64,000 nt of DNA from Yuukianura sp. NJ FZ-2021 (lineage: Eukaryota). A program made the translations under genes and the position numbers. The stretch covers positions 4,960,001 to 5,024,000 of the forward strand of contig CM102289.1 in assembly GCA_046563655.1 (NCBI GenBank), read 5' to 3'. Shown here in pieces: positions 49,370 through 60,365 of this stretch. The notes beneath the pieces were generated by a model. It saw only the letters and a list, made by a program, of their open reading frames with translations, ran no database searches and was not told the DNA's origin. Each line of letters begins with the position of its first letter. The first letter of the stretch is position 1.

Positions 49370-52300
49370 GTAAAACAAATTTTTGAAAAATTTTAAAAAA
49401 TTAATCACAAACTAGAGCCTAGTGGGGTTCTTCGATTTAAACAATTTTAAACTTAAGAATTTTTCGAAATTTTGTGTTAAATTAAACCTCATTTAAAGTA
49501 AAATGCACTCAGAAAAACAGTTTGTCTCACGTTCTCACCTCCAATTTCAAAATTTCAAGTTTTATTTTGTGGTATTGCGGTCACTGTCTCCAGTGTGCAG
49601 ATGAAGATGCTGCAATTTTGACTGCGGTTGAGATTTTATGTGTGCAGAAAATCTCGTCCGTCCAGAAAGAAGCGCGTGCAAAAAATTACGTTTTGAAATT
49701 TATGGAGTCAGTGAGCCGTTACGCCAGAGATTTCTGCTGCCACTAAAACGAAAGATTTGCATTCCTCTGCTCCGCATCTCCTTCGTCTGTCGGTGATGCA
49801 TTGCTTTTGTCCAACAAAACGAGACTTCAAGTACCCCAAGGGCCCACAGAAAGGGCTTCAAAGTCAGACGAGAAAAAAAGTGCCTCACGACGTGCCTTGA
49901 GGACTTGCATGTTCTGACCATTATGATGTTCCCAACACCACAACAGTCATATCTTACGAATCAACAACTGAGAAAAGCAGCCTTAAGAAAATTCAAAAGT
50001 CAGTCGACATTTTCTCAAGGGTCCACGAAGTCTTTCGTTCCTTTAAAATAACTCTAAAAAAGTTTTAAAAATATTTTCAAAATCTCCCCCTCAATCACTT
50101 TCCCACCGGAATCAATCATTTTGTGGCTTTTGAAAACTTTCCCATCAATTTCAAAGTTTACTGGTAACGTTTTCTAAAAGACGAAAATCGAAACAAAAGG
50201 AAAACAAAAAATACAAACTGTTCGGAAGTTTTCCCCAGAGAAATTTTTGATCTTAGAGTAAATACAGTTTATAATAAAATTTCCGTATTTTTTTTCGCTT
50301 TTCAAAAGTTGTGCAAATTGTTGAAATTTCAAAATGTGGTCCAATTTGTATTGACAAAAATGAGGAGCACGTAGACAGAAAATTACAGGTCGTTGTTCTT
50401 CTGTGTTGCCTTTGTTTTTCTTTTTTTCAAATTTAACCGCCAATCCACTTGGAGGCAAATATTTGACAAGTGTAATTCCCACGTACTGGTGTCATTTTCA
50501 AGTGGATTCTAAGCACTTATTTGCTCCTCAAATATTTTTATGACCAGAGTCAACCGAGTAACATTCAGGTTCAAGTTTGCTTTTTTCATGATTCAACAAC
50601 TTTTCAAGTTTTCTTTCTTTTTACATTTGTCAACTCTTAGGTTTTACATTCACAATTTATGTAGCTGAAATTTAAAACTGTGAAATGAAAAATGTAAAAC
50701 GAGTTGACACTACTGACTCAGTTTTTCAACTGATGAGGTCAACAATAACAAAAAATATGAGCAATGTCTATGCGAATGAAGTTGGAGAAAAACAAAGGAA
50801 TTGTTCTAACACTTAGCTAAGCACTTTTTCTAATCTCTGCAACAATAAGTTTTGATGCCAGACTCGTGCTGGATTTGCACATTTGCAAATTCGTAATTTG
50901 CAATAACCGATAACAAAAATTACGCAATCTTGTTTTTGGCGCGACGCTTAAGATTTATTTATTGTTTAGTTTGCAGATTAAACAAAAGCTTTTTTCTCTT
51001 TTAAATTTCAGTTTTTTTAACTTTGAAGCTTGATTCAAGTGGCGTGAAATTGCGAATTGGATTCGCTTATTTTGGGATTGAAATCCCTCGTAGCTTAAAC
51101 TTTATGTTGGTGCAGAATTTGTGTGTAATCTTGTGATTTTCTTCACCTTTTTCTTGTTTTCATTGTGCAAGAGACCTTTGTGACGAGAGAAGAGAAAGGG
51201 AAACGCAGATGATGAATGTCGTTTTGTAACAAAAATGTGGAAATGACAATAGAAGAGTTGTTTGTTGGTTTCTGAGCAGCAAACCAATTTAAAGTTGTTT
51301 AGTGTACAGATCTATTAAAGAGACACGAGAAAATCTAAGGATTGATGTCATAGGGTAGAGGAAAAGTTACAATGGGATTCCCCCATACTCACACGAAAAA
51401 ATCCTCCCTCTACGTCGTTTATCATTTCTTTTTAAAATTTTGACGTATTATAACTATTGTCAGTTCGAAAGTATTTTTGTTGGCGTCAAAGATTCAAAAA
51501 ATTGTCAGGTGAGTACAGGAAGCTAACGTTTGTCATTGGGTAGGTCACCAGGTTTGTTAATATGTTGACCTATGCTGTCGGGTCAAAGGTCAACTAATGG
51601 TGTAGATCCAATTATTTTGTATTTGATAACGAACAGCCAAAATTAGTAGCTGGTGAAAACATTCGTAGATCGAGCTGGAACTAGCTGGTCGCTGACCTAA
51701 CTGGTCGCTAAATTAACTGGTCGCTGACCTAGCTGGTCGCTAAATCAGCTGGTCGCTGAGCTAGCTGATAGCTGACGTAGCTGAAAGCTGAGCTAGCTGA
51801 TAGCTGACCTAGATGATAGCTGGACCTAGCTGGTCGCTGACCTAGCTGCTCGCCAAATCAGCTGGTCGCTGACTTAACGCGGGTCGCACAGTTTAAAAAA
51901 TAAGCAAAGTCAACAAGAGATGATGAATGATCATGAGTGGAGTCAATTGGCATTTGATTTCCATAAAACTATTAGTCTCACACTTGGTTCTTTTGTTACC
52001 TGATCTGTCATTTTTTCACATTCTAAACAGTATCTGCTTCTGTCCAACTCTACGCTTGCCCAGCCCCATCTGACTTGCGCAGCTTGACTCCGGCCGCTCC
52101 TCCATCAAAAGTCAAAGTTGCAAACTGCAATGTATCGTTTTTTAAACTATGAACTATGCTTTGTATAACTATTGTTTCTTGTGTTTCTGACTCAAGGAGG
52201 AAATGACCCCTTGATTACTTGTTGTTCCTATTATGGACCACACAACACGACTCGCCAAATTCTTAATATCAATCTCCCTCTCCATTCCTTAGCGGGAGAA

Positions 52301-55300
52301 ATGCAATTTAAAGTTCTTGTCAAAATATTTCCAACTTTTTGCTAAAATTCCAACGTTTTAAAAAAGAGAAAAACCAATTTTGGAGTTGGTGCAAATTGGA
52401 TTAAAGCAGAAGTTCACACCTTGACTTTGGAAAATACCGGTTTTGAGGGAGATGAGAAATTAATTAGCACAGAGTAAGTGAGGAGCCACACGGCAGAGGT
52501 CAGTGCTCCTCTGCATGCTTTTTCTTTGCATTCGTAAAGCAACTAACTGGAATTTAGCACTAATTAGTCATAGTCACTACAACTCAGCGCCTTCGGAAGA
52601 TTAGAATATTAACTTCAAAGTGTGGGAAAAGTTAAAGTGAACAAAAAAGACCGAGGGAACATTTAAAATCGTGTTTCTGTTTCTGTGTTCTGGGAAACGT
52701 GCATAAGAATTCATTCGGTTTCACGAAGAACTTGCAAGTTTAAAGACAACTGTTACTCATTTTCACACAAAAAAAAAGTTTAAGCCACGACCGCCTTTAA
52801 TTCATACTAATTTTGAAAGATGTTGAACATGCGCAGAATGATGCGCAAGCATTTTTACGTAAACAGTTGCTGAAAATCAATTTGATGAAAACGTAATCAT
52901 TTTTCTGGAATTTTGACACTATTAAATTAAGTTCTACGTAAAGTTTGTTTGTGACTATTTTTTAATCGTGTGGAAATTTTTTGTTTTTTAAATTTTTGTG
53001 AATTAACGCGCGAATTTGTTTTTGAATTTTTAAAACGGAGTTTGAATCGAATGAGTTGAACTTCGTATTTTTTTGGGTAAAGACCATTGACCTCTGCGTC
53101 TCCCTTTTTTATGTCAATTCACATATGTGTTATACTACACAGTTTTATGTAATGTTGTAATTGTAATTTAGAAAAAAAAAGTTCAACTCTCACTTTTTGT
53201 TGCCGTACAAAATGAAATTAGAGGAGGGAGAATTTGAAAAGAAAAGAGAGAATTTCACATGTATTAATGATCATTGTTCTTACCGCCAAGTTTTGTGGCC
53301 CTTTTTTATGGACACTTATGCTACAGCCTATAGTTTTTTTTTACCGTAAACCCTGTCTTATAACAATTTTTACCGTAAACCTCCGCATATATTTTTTTTG
53401 CTGTAAACCTTCAGTATGTACTTTTCTAACACTAACAGTGGTGACTCCACTTGACTCCATTTTTTGTCCTTTGGACGTAATTTGGGATTTGATGATTGTG
53501 GAGGGAAAAGCAATTTTGTTCGGTAGAGAGTGGAGGGTCTGCCCATTGTTGTGTCTTGGCCCTTGAAATGCCAAGACCCTTTGGACACTTTGAGACATGG
53601 GCATGCATGTTCCATTTGATCAGACATGGGCATTTCATGTCCCATTTTTTATGTTGTCATGTTCTCAAATCGCTGCAAAATTAGAGGTTAACAATTGGGA
53701 TTTTAACTACCATGTACAAGAGTCAGTCACAGTTTTAAACAATGGGGAAGAAGGAACATTCAATTGTTTCCAACTTTTTGATAGTTGGAAAACACAGGAA
53801 AAAATTATGACAAAAAATGAAGTGAGGAATATAATTTTGAAAACCATAAAAGTTTGGGAAAGTGCGCAGAAACCAAAGGTTTCTGTGTGTGGTCAAATGG
53901 GGTTTTGGTTTTTTAAATTTAGCGGTTGTTGCTCTTAAAAGTTATGCTCACATTTTCATAATTTTATAAAGTCACGAACTTTTGTTCTAAATTCTGAAGT
54001 TTAAAGATTTTGAAAGAGCATTTCGAATGTTGAAGTTTTGTTTTTGATTTTTTCAGGTTGTAAAAGTTTTTTCAAAAGGAGTGTACGGAGAAACCTAACC
54101 TACTCTTGTCGTGGAAACAGAAACTGCCCCATCGACCAACACCATCGAAACCAATGTCAGTTCTGTCGACTCAAGAAATGCATGAAGATGGGCATGAGAC
54201 GAGAAGGTATGAAATGTTAGTGGTTCATTCCTACACAAAAATTATGAACATTTAGTCAAATGCTCTCCCTCTAAAAAAAATTCGAATCTTCCCAAAAATT
54301 TAAGAATTTTCGAAAACTTTTAAATCCTGACAAAGTCGTGTCCTGATTTGAAAACTGAAAACGACTGGTTCACACGCTTTGGTCTTCAACGCCAACGCCA
54401 AGCCGACCACGCCCCCTCACAAGATTTCAATTGATAAAGTTGTAAAATTTGAGATGGGTAATCATAGGGTAGGAACCATCCAACCAAAGGGTCAACAGCA
54501 ACCCACGAAACCCTTAAGTACCCGTCTTCGTCTGAGGGGACGGTACTTACTCGTTCGTTATGGAAATTTCAAAATTTTGAAGAAAAATGAATTAGTCAAA
54601 TTGCAGCCGAAATTTTTTAATGTTGATTATGACATTAGTTGACAATGGCTCTCAAAAATGTTTCTGTACCTTGGGACTAATAATTATCCCTGTTTTCTCA
54701 GCAGGAATTCTTGAATTTTCTCAACGTTAAATTTTTTTTTTTACTTTTAAATTTTGAATTTTTGTTAAACAAAAAATGAAAAAAGGAACCATGCCTTTTA
54801 ACTGGTTCACACAATTTAACATTTGACTTGACTTTTCACTCTTTAAAAGTGTGAGGATTTTACTCTAAAGTTGTTCCGTAGGAAACTTTGAATTAAACCG
54901 AGACAAGGTTCACACACACTTGTAGGCGTTGTTCACAAATTACGTAAGCACGATTCCACCTCTATTTTTTAAGTTCTGAGAATGATGATGAATTTTTAAA
55001 TAATGCTCTTGCGTTATTTTTGTTATGCATTGAAAAGATAGAGTGAAGGATATGCATTTAATAAGGATGAATCATGTTCAATTTCTGATTAATTAATTTT
55101 CAATTTAGAAAACAATAGGAAGAATGTCTTTGTTGTTTTTTGTTATGTTGAAGATGTAACCTTTATCAGAGTCTTGTATCTTAAGGGGTCAAAATATCCT
55201 TGTAGGAACAACAAAAGAACAAAACGAGCCGATAGTTACTCCCTCTCCGCATCATCATTCATTAGCTCACTTTTGATTGGAAACTCAAAGCACAAAAGAC

Positions 55301-58300
55301 GCTTCTTACTTTTACATCATCCTCCGGATGAGATTCAACTTAACTCTTCGCTCCCAAGATCATTTTGTTCAGGTTTAGAATCCTCTCGTGAGGATATCCT
55401 CAAAGTAGCCCTCAAATGTCTCTCTAGTTTTATAGAATTGGCAGCTCTTTATTGATTTTTGACTTGAGGATATTCTCAACTGTTAATTCTAGCCTATGTA
55501 TATTTTTTGTGAGGACTGGGGTTTCTCATGGCAGGAGTCCCTGTGTCAGGTGAGTACAATGGCCAGGGACTTTTTAAGAGTGAAGGAATTCCTGGGACGA
55601 AGGAACCTAGGAGATGCCGACATGAAAAAAGATGCCGCCAAGGTTTAAAATTAGAAGGTGGACACTTTCATTCTGCCCAAATGACTCCAGCTCCAACAAT
55701 AGAATCATAACCGTCTACCATAACCATGTTGAGCGGTACTTTTAAAAATTTCACTTAAAAAAATCTAACAATAATATTTTCAAAAATCTCTGTCAAATTC
55801 TTTTGCCTCTCCATCTCCAACTTCGCAGCCAGTTTTCCGAATCCAGTTTTTAAAATTGTTGTTTTTGGTAATTTGAGATGTGGCGAATCCTGGAATTCTT
55901 TCTAAGAAATTCCAAAGATGAACGTGACACTAAATTAGTGTAAATTATGTCGTGTTGTGGGCGTGGCCAGGAAGGGGTTGAGTGTTAGAGTCCTTGATTC
56001 GAGGATAATGGACGACAGATACAATTCCAAGGGCTCTGGAAGGACCCTTAAAGATCTGTAGAAGATCTAAGGGAGACAAGGACCAAAGAGACGGAAGAAC
56101 AGGTAGGGTGAAAGAAGATCATCATTAACTCCCTACCTCTCATCCACTTCTGTAAGTCAGGGGGCGGTGGAACAGAAAAAGACAATCAGTCAACTTACAT
56201 AAAAAATCATGTAGCTATTACAAACATAAAAAATGTTTCAAGGAACAAAAACAATTTTAACTTTTCATATTCCTTTTGCCGAATTCAAATCTCTCGATGC
56301 AATTTAAATCCACTTAAACATATGCCAAATGCCAACTAGGCATTTTCCGTTCCTCATTTTAATTGTTTTCATAACTGAAGTTGAATGTATTTCATTTCTA
56401 CTACAAACTTGTCATTTGAGATAACAACTAGCCGTAGTTTAGCTCAACATGTTCCATGTATCAATTGAAAATTGAAAAAGTCAAATTGAAAACGAAGCAT
56501 CACAAGGATTGATCATTTGTAGAAGTGAATGAATTGACAATTGATCCCATAATTTTATTGCAGTTAGTCACCTAGAAGTGTCTTTCAGAAGTCCACAATG
56601 TGCACAAAGTGTTCATTATGAGTAACATTAGTCGAAGGCCAAGTGCTCTTTGGTCTAAGTGGCCATTGAAGATGCTCCAAGGTCTGATGAGACACGTAGC
56701 AAATGCGTTCCAAGGAGAGTGACAATGGGACAATCACAATTTCCTAATGGCTCCAAATGAATTGACCATTGCCCAACTACCACTCAAATGTTAAAAAATC
56801 TGCTTCACTGGCCTCTTAACTAATCGTAAGCTTAACATTAAAGGCGTCAAGAACTTTTTAACAAGAGTAAGGCATGAAAATTTTCCATCTCGATTTGCAA
56901 TTTTTAAATTTGTACAATTTAAACTGTCGGTTTATGCTGACTTTAGAAAGATGCCAATTGGAAATTTTGTTTTGATTTGGGAATTTGAATGTAGAAAGCT
57001 TCAGAAGTGAAGAAAAAGGGGCGGAGCGTGTGGCCTCTTGGCCTCCACTGCTTTTTCCTTAAATGTTTAAATTCTCCCTCCATTTTGTTCCTGTTCGACC
57101 GTTTAATTGCTCCGTTAATTATTTAGAAAGTTAACTTTTTTGCTTATATTTTGCCTTAAAAGGCTTTTGTAGAAGTGGCGTTTTCGTGGGAATTGACCAA
57201 GAAGGGGTAATAACAATTTACATTAAATATTCAATCAAGAACAATCAAAATACCCAAAAATTTGACCGCACCAAAGTTCAATGTTTCACTTGCTCCAACT
57301 TCAAAGCAGAAGGAAGTGTATTTTGAACATCGAATTTTTGTGGGTTTTTAGGTTTTGATTTAAAATGGAGTTGATTAAAGTCGAGTGAAATGGAAAGAGT
57401 TAAAGGATGGAGTCATTTGAGTGAAAGTGGAGGGGAAAAGTCAATTTCTGTTATAAAATGAATGTGGGATTGATTCTTGCGGTCACTGAGGTGCTCCCCG
57501 CCCCCATCAATAAAGTATACATGCAGAAGTCACTTGGGTGTCCCCACCTCCACTGCCCATGTCATTTCCATCGGCTAGGTAATTACCCAAATTGAGTCGT
57601 TGGGCCAAGAGGGCCTGGACACAAGACAACATGGCAGTGGGAACCTGTCCAACCTGTCTCTTTAGTCTTCATGACAAAAGGACATGCTCTTGCTTCATAA
57701 CCCTACTGAAATTGACTCTGCGATGACACAGTACCGCAAAGCTCCAAAACGCGCCCAGGATATAAAATTGAAGTTTTGTCAACTGCGGTCAAAGGAAATT
57801 TTTGGAAAAGTTGGATTCTTTTTGGAGTTTTACGGTACCCATGTGATTGCATTGATCTGCCCCAACTAAAAGATTCAGAGGTCTTTGGTAGTTAGTGTTT
57901 GTGAGGTACTTCATTTTACATGAGCTTTCACTTCACTTTCACTTTCAAGGCGCAGTGAAGGCGTGTCAACAGACAGAGACATAGCTTAATCAGAGTGATT
58001 GGGTAGTGACTCCAAAATCAACAACTGCAGTGTATAATTCTTAGCCTAGGTCTAATTTATCCCGGGATAAAGTTAAACTATCGCAGATTTCTTTCGATAA
58101 GAATTCCGGCAGATAGGATGAGTAAGCGCACTTAATTTACGATTAAGCACCGAATTCCAACGTCCACGAGTGAGATACCGGTGTAATGAAAATAGTTTTG
58201 AATTTCCCACGCTCTTCGACTCAAATTCTTCAGTGAATTACTTAATGCCCAGAGGGCATTTTGCATTATTTTGAACACAAGCCTTTGTTTTAAAAAAATG

Positions 58301-60365
58301 AGTTCCCACCGAGGTTTTGTTTTAGTATATTTTTTAAAAGCAGGTTCAAAATTGAATTTTTTCCAGAAATTGTAGTGAACTTGTTCAAAGTGAGGAAACG
58401 TTGATGGTTGAGCGTCCAAAAAATGAAACTTGAGCCAAAGATCATAAAGCAGAGAAGGTTCATTTGAGGGTCATAAATTTTAGGAGAACAGTATCCCACT
58501 GGTTACAGTTTTGTTGTTCGTTTTGTCTGAACATGAACTGCTGGGTGTGGAGGGAAGACTCAAAAAAAAAGTTTCAAAAAGTGAACAGAGGGAAGATTCA
58601 AAAATGGATTTGGATGAATTGTACTAAAAGGGCTCGGGGCTGGAAGCATCTGAATTAGATAATGACCTCATGTAGTTCTCACATCAGATTGTGAGATTAC
58701 GAAATGCATTAGGGAAGTACAACAAGAAAACAATGACATTCCAGGAAGATCCTGGAAGGGAGGAGCATTTGATTTAGTCATTAAGATTTTCTGGAGATAA
58801 CATTTTGTTTTAGCCGGTCTAATCTAAATGTTGGTTTGAATTTTAGCGGTACAACGTGGCCGGATTCCGCCAACTCCCGGGCCGGGTTTCCCGGGTCAAC
58901 TGGCCCTGGGCAATGGAGATGGTATGCATGGGTCAACATACCTGTCGTCCTACATTTCTCATCTGCTGAGGGCTGAGCCCTACGCCAATGCCCGCTATGG
59001 TTCCTGCATCAATGCCAATAACATTATGGGAATAGATGCCATCTGTGAATTGGCAGCGAGACTACTCTTCTCAGCCGTCGAATGGGCCAGAAATATACCA
59101 TGGTTTCCTGAACTACAAGTAAGCGCCAACTTTCAAATTTGAATTTTGTTCAACCTTTGATTTCCCGCGTAAATCCTACCTTTACTCCGAGTTATTAGCG
59201 TAACTGTAATTCTGTAAATCAGCAAGAATGAGTCAAAATCGAAGTTATCGGTTCGAATTCCAGCCCATCACTTCATTTTTACGTTTTCTTGTAACAGCTT
59301 TGGATAAGTTTAGAACAACGCTATATGATGTATTATTCGAAAACAACTGAGAATAGGCACTAATTTTTTTTGATTTTTGCAAATTCAAAAAATTTCAAAA
59401 ATTTGTTTTAAAGGCGGAGCGTTGAGGCCTTTGACGCTGTCAATCACCTTCTTGACAGTTGGGCGCTAAAAACCAAAAAACTTCAAAAACCAGTTTTTTT
59501 TTCAAAATCAACTTGTTTCCCCGCCCTAAGGAACCGTAATTAAAGAAGGTCCAAAATCCTCTTTACTAATGTTCTCCACAAAATCAATATCACGACTCCA
59601 TTGTTACTCTCCAAAATTATTTGGCGATTCAAAATTGCACCTATTACGTTCCTTGCGTCCACGAGTTCAAAGCTCCGTCTTAATCAATTAACTTAACAAT
59701 GTTCTCGCCATCATTTTTTTTTTTTGAAAAACAACGATTTTCGTACATGGGCATCACATCTCTGTTTCACTCCGCTGGTTGCCCATACTTAATGATCTTT
59801 AGCACAAGGGAAGAGGACCATTAGACCCACTTAACTCCCAATTCTTCTTTCTCAAAAGTCAAAACTTGTGTTTTTTACTTAAAAAAAAGCATATTTCCGT
59901 GTCATCTTCTCTGTTATTACGACGAATCGTCAATGGTCAATTGTTAACAAAAAATTACTGTAAGGTATTGTTTACGAGGTGTGAAAATAGTTGGAAATTG
60001 CTTGGATGCGTGTCCGGGGGTTCATTGTTACCTCAAAAAGAACGTGCAACAATTGTATTTTTTAAAGTATTATTGTCTCATGGTGTTTTCTTTTGCTCAT
60101 GCGCAGGTGACTGACCAAGTGGCGCTTCTGCGCCTCGTGTGGTCTGAGCTATTTGTACTGAATGCCGCTCAGTGTTCGATGCCTCTCCATGTCGCTCCGC
60201 TATTGGCTGCGGCGGGGTTACACGCGGGCCTGAATGTGGCTGAACGGGTAGTGGCCTTTATGGATCAAATCCGAATTTTTCAAGAGCAAGTGGAGAAACT
60301 GAAGGCTCTTCATGTCGACTCGGCGGAATACTCTTGTCTCAAAGCAATCGTTCTCTTCACTACAG
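49054..60365 (+). CDS. svp: seven-up / COUP-TF (NR2F) orphan nuclear receptor, 3'-incomplete (final LBD/AF-2 exon not found, presumably beyond the window)
   Basis: Exons 49054-49369, 54057-54206, 58847-59118 and 60107-60365 have consistent phases. [130 protein letters not shown]. The start is placed at the MALV...WR motif. Confidence 0.97.
51681..51876. repeat. 16-bp degenerate minisatellite (consensus ctagctggtcgctgac) x ~12 in svp intron 1
   Basis: Repeated agctggtcgctgacct / agctgatagctgagct units with a 16-nt period. Confidence 0.85.
54057..54206 (+). CDS. svp: svp coding exon 2 (rest of the DNA-binding domain)
   Basis: [24 protein letters not shown]...[12 protein letters not shown]. 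Confidence 0.97.
58847..59118 (+). CDS. svp: svp coding exon 3 (hinge and start of LBD)
   Basis: [15 protein letters not shown]...LLRAEPY...[18 protein letters not shown]. Confidence 0.96.
60107..60365 (+). CDS. svp: svp coding exon 4 (LBD)
   Basis: [34 protein letters not shown]...[12 protein letters not shown]. Confidence 0.96.
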
